Shown here: positions 10,025-22,484 of the stretch, piece after piece
Numbering within the stretch: position 1 is the stretch's first letter
Layout of the letters: every line of letters begins with the position of its first letter
Origin: an uncultured Methanosarcinales archaeon
GTDB taxonomy: Archaea > Nanobdellota > Nanobdellia > Woesearchaeales > GW2011-AR4
Reading direction: 5' to 3'
DNA length: 64,000 bases
NCBI GenBank assembly: GCA_964607225.1
Contig: CAZSIU010000001.1
Location: forward strand, 18-64,017
The notes under the pieces: model-generated
Told to the model about the DNA's origin: nothing
The model's input: the letters and a program-made list of their open reading frames with translations, nothing else
The model's database searches: none
Position numbers and translations under genes: made by a program

Positions 10025-11515
10025 ATGCGTAAAAAGTTAATTAGAGGTAAATACAAAAACACTATTTTACTTGGGCTAATACTAATTTTTGCGCTTGTAT
10101 TAAGATTGGTATTTTTTACCGGAGTAGACGAATCAGATTCTCTCAGTTATGTCGAATTTGCCAACATGCTTTCACAAGGTGAATCACTTAAAGATGTAAA
10201 GCCTCATGGCTTTAGACTTGGAATCATATTTCCTGTTGCAGTTTTATATTCAACCTTAGGGGTTAGCGGATTTACATCTAGCATATTGATATTGTTAATT
10301 TCGCTTGCTTCTATTGTTCTGATTTATAAGTTTGGCGTGATGTTGTTTAACCAGAAAGTAGGATTATTGAGCGCATTTTTATTAAGCTTCTTTCCTCTGG
10401 ATGTTGTATATTCAACTAAATTTATGACAGACCTACCATCCGCATTTTTTGTGGCATTATCAGTATACTTTTTCTTAAAATCGGAAAAAGTAGATAAAAA
10501 GAAAAGTGCCAATTCATATTGTCTTTTTTCAGGTTTATCTTTAGGGATAGCATATTTAATGAAAGAACTATCTTTGATAATAGCTTTATTTTTTATAATT
10601 TATACATTTTACAACAAAAAAATAGAAAATAGATATTTTTTAATACCATTGGGATTTATTTTAATAATTAGTTTGGAATTTGTATTTTTCTTTAAACTCA
10701 CTGGAAATCCTTTTTTTAGGTATTCCGCAATTAGTTCTGACTGGGCTAATGCCATTATAGAAACAAATATGTATGGAAGAGGAGATTTCCCTATAGGCTT
10801 ATTCCATTATTTTTATTTCATATTTACTGATCACTTTTTGGTCCTGTTTTATTCATTCATCTTTGTATCTGTGTTTTATTGTATAGCAAATAGGAAAAAA
10901 GAAACATACCCTATGCTTTTTTGGTTTATCCCATTACTTCTTTACCTCAGTTTTGGCTCAGCCAACATTACTAAATATGTGCTCATACCTGCTGCTTCAA
11001 GATTTTTATTTATAATAAATGTCCCGGGGATATTGCTACTATCACATTTCCTGTCACAAAAAGAACCATCAATAAAAAAAATTTTAATGCCTAGTATATT
11101 GGCATTATTATTAGCAACATCAATTGGTTATATTTACCTTTCAGAGCATAGATTTGTATTAGATGACGAAAGAGATGCATATAAATACTTAAAAGCTTTG
11201 CCTGAAAAACAAGTTTATACTGACCATAGAACTATAAGGATATTTAATTACCTTTCAGGGTATAAGGACAGCGATAATATCAAAAGCTTTAATAATTACG
11301 AATTCTTAAATCCAAAAAATACTTATGCACTGAACCTAAGTAATGTAAAAGACTCCTATGTTGTCATAAACTGGAAATTGATAAACTATTTTGCTTCCAG
11401 CAAAAAAGGTATTGTATTTCCTAAAGAGATCTATTATACTCCACAAACTTGGATTTTAAAAAAAGAGATTGAAAAAAAGGGAAAAGATAAGATTATGATA
11501 TATTATGCTCCTTAA
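10025..11515 (+). CDS. GT-C (ArnT/PMT-like) membrane glycosyltransferase
   Basis: Many hydrophobic segments, acidic first loop (DESD), TDLP, KE motif, soluble C-terminal domain. Confidence 0.8.
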   Translation: MRKKLIRGKYKNTILLGLILIFALVLRLVFFTGVDESDSLSYVEFANMLSQGESLKDVKPHGFRLGIIFPVAVLYSTLGVSGFTSSILILLISLASIVLIYKFGVMLFNQKVGLLSAFLLSFFPLDVVYSTKFMTDLPSAFFVALSVYFFLKSEKVDKKKSANSYCLFSGLSLGIAYLMKELSLIIALFFIIYTFYNKKIENRYFLIPLGFILIISLEFVFFFKLTGNPFFRYSAISSDWANAIIETNMYGRGDFPIGLFHYFYFIFTDHFLVLFYSFIFVSVFYCIANRKKETYPMLFWFIPLLLYLSFGSANITKYVLIPAASRFLFIINVPGILLLSHFLSQKEPSIKKILMPSILALLLATSIGYIYLSEHRFVLDDERDAYKYLKALPEKQVYTDHRTIRIFNYLSGYKDSDNIKSFNNYEFLNPKNTYALNLSNVKDSYVVINWKLINYFASSKKGIVFPKEIYYTPQTWILKKEIEKKGKDKIMIYYAP

Positions 11516-12201
11516 TTTTGTATTTTTGCTATAACAACCTGTATCAAACCAAATTTTTTGATGATGGGAATATTACCCAATACTTTATTTGCAATATGAG
11601 AAAGTATTGTAATATGTATTGGAAGCAACAAAACATTTTCAGATTTTAATATCTTTAGATTATTTGAAATGAGTGCATTTGTTACATCTTTTTTTGAAGC
11701 CCATTTGTGAGGACCTTCGGGCATTTTCAATTTTAATTTTTCGGCTAATTCTAAAATCCGGCCCCATAAAGGGTTAGAGGTTGTTATCAATAGATTTGAA
11801 TTGCTATGCATGCATTCTCTAATGCTGTTTATTGCTTTATCAATATTTGATAGATGCTCAACAACATCTAACATAATGATAATATCAAATTTCTCTTTGA
11901 GGTCAAATTTTTCGATATTATGAACTTCAAATTTTATATTTTGATTAGCTTTGTATTTTTTTCTGGCTATTTTAATCATATTTTTGCTTATGTCAATACC
12001 TAAACCAAATTTTGGATTAAGACCAACCAGTATATCTCCTGTACCACAACCTATGTCCAAAACTTTTTTTTCAGAAAATGAAAAATATTTTAATGGTAAT
12101 TTTTTTAAGTTTTCGTGGTAATACCAATTCTTCTTTTTACCGCAATCATATTTATTGGCAAGGAAATCAAAATGTTGCTCGGATGTACTGTTATCTTCCA
12201 T
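11512..12201 (-). CDS. Class I SAM-dependent methyltransferase
   Basis: VLDIGCGTG, GIDIS, DVVEHL. Paralogous to the N-terminal domain of 19033-20445. Confidence 0.88.
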   Translation of the reverse strand: MEDNSTSEQHFDFLANKYDCGKKKNWYYHENLKKLPLKYFSFSEKKVLDIGCGTGDILVGLNPKFGLGIDISKNMIKIARKKYKANQNIKFEVHNIEKFDLKEKFDIIIMLDVVEHLSNIDKAINSIRECMHSNSNLLITTSNPLWGRILELAEKLKLKMPEGPHKWASKKDVTNALISNNLKILKSENVLLLPIHITILSHIANKVLGNIPIIKKFGLIQVVIAKIQN

Positions 12202-12316
12202 TTTCTTGAAAAAGAATACAAAAATTTATAAAATATTCGGTTTTAAGGATTAGTTGAAGAAAGAAAAAAGAATTACACAAAAATAGGTTGGATAAAATAC
12301 TTTTTTAATATAACTG

Positions 12317-13802
12317 ATGAGGGATTAAAATAAACAACAAATATAGAAATACTATTAGCCTGAGTTTGATTCTAATATTTGCTCTAATATTGAGGTTAAT
12401 CTTTTTTACAGGTATAGATATGTCAGATTCTGTGGGGTATGCAGGATATGCAAATATGCTTGCAAAAAATGAACCAATTGAAGAAACTCATTATAATGGT
12501 TTAAGACTCGGAATATTATTTCCTGTGTCTCTATTATATAATATTTTTGGAGTTAATGAGTTTTCATCTAATATATTGATATTGCTTATATCTTTAAGTT
12601 CTATTATCTTAATATATAAATTTGGCAAACTCCTATTTAATGATAAAGTTGGTCTATTAAGTGCATTTCTATTAAGTTTTTTTCCTTGGGATGTGGTATA
12701 TGCAACCCAGCTTTTGACTGATTTGCCAGCTGCTTTTTTTGTCGCAGTATCCATATATTTCTTCTTAAAATCAGAAATGATTAGAGATAGTGCAAAATCA
12801 AATATTTACTGTCTTTTTTCTGGTTTGTGGTTAGGCATAGCTTTTTTGACTAAAGAATTATATTTAATCATAGGTTTGTTTTTTATATCTTATATTTTGT
12901 ATAAGAAGAAAATAAAAATTAAGTATTTTTGGATAGCATTGGGATTTATTTTGATTTTCAGCTTTGAATTGATATTTTTCTTTAATACTACTGGAGACCC
13001 TTTTTATAAGTACTCTGCAATAAGCGCCTATTGGACACCAGTTCTTTCAGTGACAAATCATTATGTAAGAGAAGATTTTCCATCAGCTTTGTTTCATTAT
13101 TTTTACCTCATATTCACTGATGATTTTTTAGTCATATTCTATTCTCTTATATTTATAGCTATAGTTTATTGTATAGTTAACAAAAAAAAAGAGACTTATA
13201 CTTTATTATTTTGGTTTATACCAGTATTTTTTTACCTCAATTTTGGTTCAATTAGCATTGCTAAGTATATTCTGATACCGGCCAGCCCAAGGCATTTATT
13301 CATATTAAGCATCCCGGCAATATTGCTGCTATCATTTTTCTTATTGCAAAGAGATCAAATCATAAAGAGGATTTTAATGCCTTCTATGCTCATATTATTG
13401 TTAACTACTTCAGTTGGCAATGTCTATGTTTCGGAATTTAGATTTTCGGTCGACGATGAAAAAGAGGCCTACAACTATCTAAAGACTTTGCCAAACAAAC
13501 AGATTTATACTGATTACAAGACCATAAGGATTTTTAATTATCTTTCTGGATTTAAAAGCAATAATACCAAAAGTTTTCACAATTACGAATTCTTAGATCC
13601 AGAAAATACTTATGCTTTGAATTTAAGTAAAGCAAAAGATTCGTATGTTGTTATAAACTGGAATTTGATAAATTTCTTCGTTTCTAGCAAAAAGGGTATT
13701 GAACTTCCTGATGAAATTTATAACATTCCAGAAAATTGGATATTAAAAAAGGAGATCGGGAAAGGTAAAGATAAGATTATGATATATTATGCATCTAATT
13801 AA
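12317..13802 (+). CDS. GT-C (ArnT/PMT-like) membrane glycosyltransferase, paralog of 10025-11515, with apparent frameshift just after the ATG
   Basis: Long shared stretches with the paralog (GLLSAFLLSFFP, NYEFL.P.NTYALNLS, KDKIMIYYA). ATG 12317 is out of frame by one base. The ORF is open from 12321, and the first in-frame TTG is at 12366. Confidence 0.75.
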
Positions 13803-13956
13803 TATTTTCAAGCCAGAAATATGTAAAGTAAAGTTCTTAACGTACCTTTTTCCTATTTGTTTTCAAAGGAGTGTTGTGGAAAGAATATAAGAAATGTTAT
13901 GTACCGCAGAGTTCAGAGAATCTGCTTATGAGTGATTTATAAGTAACTAATCTAAA

Positions 13957-15510
13957 TCAACTACCAAGTACCTTGCTTTTGGATGAGTAGTAATACCTGT
14001 AGTCGTAATAAAATTTTTGAATAGAGAACCTTATTCTTACATAATCCAATTTCTTAGCGTAGTTTAGAAGATATTTTAACAGCCCCATCCTACCCCTTAT
14101 TATTCTGTTAGCTCTTAAGAAAAACATAATAACAGGCTTGAACCTGGAATTTCTTACATTATCCTTCAATAAAAACAACTTCAGGCTCTTTGGGATCCAT
14201 CTTATGTCACATATGTAGTACATTAAGTTCAAATAAGTATTCTTAATGCTATAGTAGTGTTTTCCTATAGTTTCGTCATTCTCTTTTACAATGCCATCTG
14301 CAATTGCTTTCAAATGAATGTCCGTATTTGGATAAAAAGTCAATGAAAAAAGGCTTATTTTAAATGGACGGGGTATTTCAAGTATGAAATTCAGGGTTTG
14401 TATTGTCTCTTCTTCAGTCTCCCAGGGATTGTCCAGAATTAAATCATATGTAGCCTTTAAATCTTTGAATTTGTTGATTATTTTGCAGGCTTCAAGTATT
14501 TTCTTATTAGGAACTCTTCTTTGATACATCTCTTGTATTCTTTCAACTCCAGATTCTATTCCCATTCTTATTTTTGTCATTCCAGCCTCTACCATTGGTC
14601 TTAGCAATTCCTCTTTTATTACCATTGGCTGGCCGCCTGTAACATATATGGGCATATTTACATATTTTTTGTATTCATCTCTGAAGTATTCCATCTCCTC
14701 CTTGCTGTAAAAGAAAAAAGTGTCGTCATCTATCCTAAGCTGGGTAAAAAAAGGAAACTTTTTTTTGATGTAACTTAATTCGTCAAGCACATTTTTTATA
14801 TGCCTCTTTCTGAACCTGAACTTGAACCTTTTGTTGTAGATGTTATGTATGCAGAAGCTGCAAGTATAGGGGCAGCCGAAAGTAAATTGTGTAGAATATG
14901 TTTCCCCATAAAAACACCGGAATAAATCAACAGTCATTGGCTGAACTTTATTTTTAAAAAGGATATGGTGGTCTTCCAAATCATAATCTGGGGTAGGGAT
15001 TTTATCTACCTTCTCAAAAAGGGCGCTCTCATTTTTTGTTATCTGCCCATTTTGCTTATACCAGATGTTTGGTATTCCGGAGTAATCAGCATTTCCTTCT
15101 TTCATTCTTTTTGCCAATTCCAGCAAAGTATCATCTCCCTCTCCAACACATATCATGTCGGTTTCTTCAAGGCATTGCTCTGGGTCAGTGCTTGGATGAG
15201 AGCCTCCGCCTATGATTGGAGTGTCGTGTTTGCTCCTGATGGCCTTTATCAACTGGACAGCATTATACCAGTAATTGCTCATCAGGGAAATTCCAATCAA
15301 TCTTGCATCTTTGCAAAGTACAGTCACCTGCTCCAGCACCTCCTCAGAGTACCTCTTGGAAAACGGCTGCGGCAAAAAGATAATTTTTGTCTTAAATCCG
15401 GCTTTTTTTAGGTAAGCTGAAACCCTTCTTATATTATAGCATTGTATGTCAGAAGCTATGGAAATGAACACCAAATCCACTTGCTCTTTTTGTTCAAGAT
15501 TTTCTTGCAT
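13957..15510 (-). CDS. B12-binding-domain radical SAM protein
   Basis: GGSHPS, CVGEGD, CPYTCSFC, DDTF, MGIESG. Confidence 0.88.
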   Translation of the reverse strand: MQENLEQKEQVDLVFISIASDIQCYNIRRVSAYLKKAGFKTKIIFLPQPFSKRYSEEVLEQVTVLCKDARLIGISLMSNYWYNAVQLIKAIRSKHDTPIIGGGSHPSTDPEQCLEETDMICVGEGDDTLLELAKRMKEGNADYSGIPNIWYKQNGQITKNESALFEKVDKIPTPDYDLEDHHILFKNKVQPMTVDLFRCFYGETYSTQFTFGCPYTCSFCIHNIYNKRFKFRFRKRHIKNVLDELSYIKKKFPFFTQLRIDDDTFFFYSKEEMEYFRDEYKKYVNMPIYVTGGQPMVIKEELLRPMVEAGMTKIRMGIESGVERIQEMYQRRVPNKKILEACKIINKFKDLKATYDLILDNPWETEEETIQTLNFILEIPRPFKISLFSLTFYPNTDIHLKAIADGIVKENDETIGKHYYSIKNTYLNLMYYICDIRWIPKSLKLFLLKDNVRNSRFKPVIMFFLRANRIIRGRMGLLKYLLNYAKKLDYVRIRFSIQKFYYDYRYYYSSKSKVLGS

Positions 15511-15570
15511 ATTTGCATATATGAATGCATTATATTTAAACTTTACTTTAATTTAAAGATAATATGAAAT

Positions 15571-15615
15571 CTGCGGGACATTTATAAATCCCGCAGTTCA
15601 ATCACCAATGGTGAT
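15571..15615. promoter_or_regulatory. Inverted repeats around a TATA-like core in a divergent intergenic region
   Basis: CTGCGGGA-CATTTATAAA-TCCCGCAG (15571-15596) followed by ATCACCA-A-TGGTGAT (15601-15615). Confidence 0.45.
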
Positions 15616-15859
15616 GTCCCACGATATTATGCACAATAGGCCATGGGGGGAGTGATTTTGCAAAAAAAGCATAATAAACCTATAAGGTTTGGTTCAGATG
15701 GCTTAGAGCATTACATGAGGGGCTTTATGAATTTCTTTAGTAGGATTGCAGAGATGACGCATGGAGTACTTATAGCTTCTAAGAAGTACAAGCTTGAGCA
15801 TAACAATAACAGAATAGAAAAATTTAAGAATAGTGTAAACTTTTAGATGATTGGTTATA

Positions 15860-17164
15860 ATGAAAGTTGTATTCCTTAATGTAGAATCGAATAAAAAAGT
15901 CTATAGGGATTATAATGGAGGTTATGGTACAAGCTTTCATGCTGGGAAATCTTTCTTAGGAAGAGTTTTAACATATATGAGGACACATAAGGAAAACTTT
16001 CCTTATATGCCTTATGCATACGGTGCAACTATTTTACACCAGAGAGGACATGATGTTTCCATTGAAACTAACACTTTACCAGATGCAGATCTAGTTATTT
16101 TGCATGCTTCCATGCCGAATCATTCTCACGAAATAAAATATCTAAAGGAATTAAAAGAGAAAGGCACTAATATTGGAATCATAGGACCATTCGCTTCTAT
16201 TAAACCAGAGTTATTTGAGGATGCTTCATTTATTGCCATGAGCGAACCTGAAAGTATCATTATGGATATAGCCAATAAAGGAACTATACCTAAAGGGCGC
16301 GTGTATTGTCCACCCATAGAAAATTTAGATGAGCTGCCTTATCCAGATTGGAGTTTATTCCCTCTTAACGAATATTCATATAGCCCTATTATTAATAAAA
16401 AACCATTCACTTTCGTTCTTGGTAGTAGAGGATGTAGTTATGGGTGCAATTATTGTCCCTACATATCAGAGTCCAATAATGGAAGAAGATTTCGTAAACG
16501 CTCTGTTAATAACATTGTTGGCGAACTAAAATATCTCAAAGAAAAATTTGGTGTAAAAGGCGTCCAATTTAGGGATCCTATTTTTACACTGGATATGAAG
16601 AGGATCGAGGAATTATGTAAGGCAATCATAAAAGAAGGTATTGATATGGAACTTGGATGTGAAACACGAGCTGATAGGTTGAATGAAGATTTACTTAATT
16701 TAATGTATAAAGCGGGTTTTAGGATAATTAAGCTTGGGATAGAATCCGCAAGCCCCGAAGTTTTAAGAAAGTCTAAAAGACTCCCTATAGAATTGGAACA
16801 TCAAGAATATATAATAAAGCATTGCGATAAAATTGGTATGAAAGTTGTAGGTTTTTATATAATAGGATTAGAAAATGACACTCACGAATCTGTAAAATCC
16901 ACTATTTCATATGCAAAATTGCTTAATACGGATTTTGCTAACTTCACAGTATGCACTCCAATTCCTGGAACAGAATTTTATGAAATTGTAAAGGATAAAA
17001 TATTTACAGAGAATTATGATATGTTCGACAACTTTCACCCTACATTCCATCATAATAACTTGTCCACTAAAGACATAGTCAAATACCAAGAAAAAGCCTT
17101 TATTTCATACTACTTAAGACTAGGATATATTTATAAATATTTTAAGAATAAGTTAAGGCGCTAG
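15860..17164 (+). CDS. B12-binding-domain radical SAM protein (HpnJ/BchE-like architecture)
   Basis: DELPYPDW, SRGCSYGCNYC, CETRAD, LGIES, TPIPGT. Confidence 0.88.
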   Translation: MKVVFLNVESNKKVYRDYNGGYGTSFHAGKSFLGRVLTYMRTHKENFPYMPYAYGATILHQRGHDVSIETNTLPDADLVILHASMPNHSHEIKYLKELKEKGTNIGIIGPFASIKPELFEDASFIAMSEPESIIMDIANKGTIPKGRVYCPPIENLDELPYPDWSLFPLNEYSYSPIINKKPFTFVLGSRGCSYGCNYCPYISESNNGRRFRKRSVNNIVGELKYLKEKFGVKGVQFRDPIFTLDMKRIEELCKAIIKEGIDMELGCETRADRLNEDLLNLMYKAGFRIIKLGIESASPEVLRKSKRLPIELEHQEYIIKHCDKIGMKVVGFYIIGLENDTHESVKSTISYAKLLNTDFANFTVCTPIPGTEFYEIVKDKIFTENYDMFDNFHPTFHHNNLSTKDIVKYQEKAFISYYLRLGYIYKYFKNKLRR

Positions 17165-17238
17165 CTAATTTAAAGGGAAAGGATTAATTTTCAGTTTCCA
17201 TAATATAGAGGCAATGCAATATATACACAGATTTTTTC

Positions 17239-18090
17239 CTATGCATTTTTTAATAAGATGTCTACTCCTTCTTCTATACCACTAAGTCTTATATGAAATG
17301 TTTTTTCGATGTTTTTAACATTATAGACCATATCTATTTTGAGATTATCTAATTGTACAGTTGTTACCGGAGGATTTTTTAGTAATTTTTGGAGCAAATA
17401 AGAAAATGGCCTTATTACACATATAGGAATGTGTACTTTTATTCTTTTTAATTTTAATTTCTTAATAATTGAGTTTACAAGGTCATTGTAACTAACAATA
17501 GACTTACCAGCAACCAAGAAAGTGCCTTTGATATTTTTATTTATGCAGCATTCTATTATCTTTATTAGATCTCCTAAATATATAGGCTGTAATAAATTTT
17601 TGCCATTTCCTATTATTGGCACTACAGGATAAGTTTTTACAATCTTACTAAGTCTTCCAATATACTTATCACCAATTCCATACACTATAGTTGGTCTTAA
17701 TATGACAAAATTTTTTAATACCCTTACTATTTTTTCTGCTTGCCTTTTTGTTTCAGAATAGTTATCTTTACCAAATAAAACATTATGGGTACTTAAAAAA
17801 ATAAATCTCTTGTTATATTTTTTAGCTTCGTCAACTAATAGCTTAGTATAATCAACATTAATTTTCCATATTTTTTTATCAAATGGGTTAACACTAGCTG
17901 CTAAATGTATTATTACGTCTGAATTTCTTATGGCTTTTTTAATTTTGTCTTTGTTATTAAATGGAATAGTACTCTTATCTTCAATATTCCTACTTACACA
18001 AATTGTTTTATATTTCTTTTTATCTAAATATTTTATTAGCTCAGATCCTACAAAACCACTACATCCAGTTACCAAATTTTTTTGTGTCAT
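17239..18090 (-). CDS. NAD-dependent epimerase/dehydratase family protein
   Basis: TGCSGFVG, IHLAA, YSETK, RPTIVYG. Confidence 0.82.
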   Translation of the reverse strand: MTQKNLVTGCSGFVGSELIKYLDKKKYKTICVSRNIEDKSTIPFNNKDKIKKAIRNSDVIIHLAASVNPFDKKIWKINVDYTKLLVDEAKKYNKRFIFLSTHNVLFGKDNYSETKRQAEKIVRVLKNFVILRPTIVYGIGDKYIGRLSKIVKTYPVVPIIGNGKNLLQPIYLGDLIKIIECCINKNIKGTFLVAGKSIVSYNDLVNSIIKKLKLKRIKVHIPICVIRPFSYLLQKLLKNPPVTTVQLDNLKIDMVYNVKNIEKTFHIRLSGIEEGVDILLKNA

Positions 18091-18202
18091 TTTATCTGTT
18101 AAATTTGATAACGATTCAATATAAAATGACTTCTAAATGATTTTATCAATATACTATTCATAAATTATTTGGTTTGTAACAAGTCATTAATCAACAATAT
18201 TA

Positions 18203-18916
18203 TTATTTAATATCATGATCTTTCTTATACTTTAGTCGTATCTTTATCAAGTCAATAAACATTTTTATTGGATCAATTATAGGATTAATTTTGCTATCTA
18301 GAGAATTTTCCCAAATTACTGGAACTTCCTTAATCTTATAACCAGTATCTATAGCTAATTTTAATATTTCTACGTCAAAACAGAAGCCCTTTATCGTTTG
18401 CTTTTTGAATAAATCTTTAGCTACATCTCTTTTGAATAACTTAAACCCACACTGGGTGTCTCTTATGTCTTTTAGAACTATTAAGTTCACCATGATAGGA
18501 AAAATCCTTCCTGGTATTCTCCTATAAAATGGTTGTTTAATCGTAATCAAAGACCCATCCATTCTTCTAGAACCAATTACTATATCATAACTGTCTATAT
18601 ATTCCAGTAAATTGTTCAATCCTTCAATTGGTGTACTTAAATCAGCATCCGAAAAAAGTATTAGATTTTTTTTAGCACTTAAAACACCCTTTTTTATTGA
18701 GTATCCCTTTCCTAAATTTTTTTTATTTTTAATTAACACTACATTTTTTGAGTGAAAACTTTTTACAATATCTCCAGTCTTATCCTTAGAACAATCATCT
18801 ACTACAATAATCTCATAATCAAATTTCTTATTTTCAAAGAAGCTAATTATCTTAGAAACACTGTTCCTTATTATTTTCTCTTCATTATAAGCAGGAATTA
18901 TCACTGAAATATTCAT
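18203..18916 (-). CDS. GT2 dolichyl-phosphate glycosyltransferase (Alg5-like)
   Basis: IPAYNEE, VDDCSKD, GKG, DADLST, DTQCGFK, FDVE. Confidence 0.9.
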   Translation of the reverse strand: MNISVIIPAYNEEKIIRNSVSKIISFFENKKFDYEIIVVDDCSKDKTGDIVKSFHSKNVVLIKNKKNLGKGYSIKKGVLSAKKNLILFSDADLSTPIEGLNNLLEYIDSYDIVIGSRRMDGSLITIKQPFYRRIPGRIFPIMVNLIVLKDIRDTQCGFKLFKRDVAKDLFKKQTIKGFCFDVEILKLAIDTGYKIKEVPVIWENSLDSKINPIIDPIKMFIDLIKIRLKYKKDHDIK

Positions 18917-19032
18917 AATACCTTCTGCAATTATTCAAATTTATAAATATTTTCCTTACGATAGGAATCAATCTCGTATAAAAAGGTCAATTAGTTTTTG
19001 AGGATTTTTTTCTAACAGAAGAATATATCTTT

Positions 19033-20445
19033 TTATTTAAATTTCAATCTTTTCATCCCTAATAAACACATCCTTATTAGAATCCACCCATGATAAAATC
19101 TTCTTATTTTTGTTGTGCCGTACTTTCTTTCCTTGTATCTTATAGGAATTTCCACTATATGCAAATTCATTTTCGAGGCTCCAAAAAGCAGATCAAAATC
19201 TCCAAATGGGTCCAGATTATCAAAATACTTTCTATATTCTTTTAGAACCATATAATCTTTCTTGTATAACGCTTTTGTTCCACATAATGTATCTCTTATT
19301 CTTTGTTCAAGAATCCATGTAAATATTCTACTGAACACCCAATTGCCAAAAAGGTTTATATATCTCATAGCTTCTTTTTCCATAGGATATACTAGTCTTG
19401 AGCCATTCACAAATTGCGCTTTTCCTTCTTTAATGGCAATATAAAACTTAGGTAGATCTTCTGGAGGGACTGTAAGGTCCGCATCCAAAATCATAAGTAT
19501 GTCTCCAGATGCTTTTAGGAATCCTTTTCTGACAGCATCCCCTTTGCCTTTACCCACTCCCTGATGCATTAATTTTATATCTTTATTTCTGTATTTTTTC
19601 ATTACCCTTTTTATTTCTTCTACAGTGCCGTCTGTTGAATTTCCATCAACAAATAAAATTTCCTGGTGTTTCCCAAATTTAGGAATTCTTTTAATTCCTT
19701 TCTCTATATTTCCTTTTTCATTCCTGCATGGTATAAGTATGGTGACACTATAATCCTTAGAAATTGATGGACTCTGCTCTTTTCTCGCAATTATGTATTG
19801 AATCATGCATAATCTTCTTATTAAAGGAAGCTTTGCAATGTACTTATTCAATATAGTTGAGATTATTGGTATGTATTTTGGTATAAGTAATCTGTAACCG
19901 GTCATTACAACTTTAAAATTATTAAGATAAAGTAAATTCTCTATATCCGGCAAAAAAAGCCAGTTTTGCTCCTTTGTTGGCGTTTTTAATTTTAATTTCT
20001 CTGCAAGCTTCAATATCGGTTGCCAGATATAATTATAATAAGTTATAATAACTTTTGTATTATTATCGCAGACTTTATGAAGTTCCCTGAAAGCCTGCCA
20101 TACATCATCTAAATGGCCTATGAGATCAGACATTATGATATAATCAAATTTTTCATTAAGATTAAGATTTTCTGCATTCGACACATTAAAATTCAGATTT
20201 TTGTATTTTTTCTTGGCTATATCTACCATATTTGGACTGAAATCTATGCCCAAGCCTTTTGATGGTTGAAGCGCATTAAGAAGATTTCCTGTAGCGCTTC
20301 CTATTTCAAGAACTTTCTTATTTATAGGAATCAATGTTCTTAAGAAATTTTCAATATCCCTATTATAGTATTTATTTCTAGATTTAAATCTATCCCATTT
20401 ATTTGCTAAAGAATCAAAGAATTTTATTTTATCTGACTTTGTCAT
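19033..20445 (-). CDS. SAM methyltransferase-GT2 glycosyltransferase fusion
   Basis: N-terminal VLEIGSATG/GIDFS. C-terminal IPCRNE, VDGNSTDGT, DADLTV, DTLCGTK, DPFGDFDL. Confidence 0.9.
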   Translation of the reverse strand: MTKSDKIKFFDSLANKWDRFKSRNKYYNRDIENFLRTLIPINKKVLEIGSATGNLLNALQPSKGLGIDFSPNMVDIAKKKYKNLNFNVSNAENLNLNEKFDYIIMSDLIGHLDDVWQAFRELHKVCDNNTKVIITYYNYIWQPILKLAEKLKLKTPTKEQNWLFLPDIENLLYLNNFKVVMTGYRLLIPKYIPIISTILNKYIAKLPLIRRLCMIQYIIARKEQSPSISKDYSVTILIPCRNEKGNIEKGIKRIPKFGKHQEILFVDGNSTDGTVEEIKRVMKKYRNKDIKLMHQGVGKGKGDAVRKGFLKASGDILMILDADLTVPPEDLPKFYIAIKEGKAQFVNGSRLVYPMEKEAMRYINLFGNWVFSRIFTWILEQRIRDTLCGTKALYKKDYMVLKEYRKYFDNLDPFGDFDLLFGASKMNLHIVEIPIRYKERKYGTTKIRRFYHGWILIRMCLLGMKRLKFK

Positions 20446-20450
20446 TTGAG

Positions 20451-22390
<1,940 letters not shown>

Positions 22391-22484
22391 TTTAGTCTGA
22401 GAATGGGTTAAAAGTATAAAAAACTAACTGTTTAATTTACTTTAACCCAAAATTTTTAAAAAGCGGGAATTAGTCGCTTATAAA

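Noticed and set aside
15643..15846. 67-aa ORF as a real gene or a RiPP precursor for the flanking radical SAM enzymes
   Set aside because: No recognisable motif or leader/core pattern. It cannot be excluded but is unsupported.
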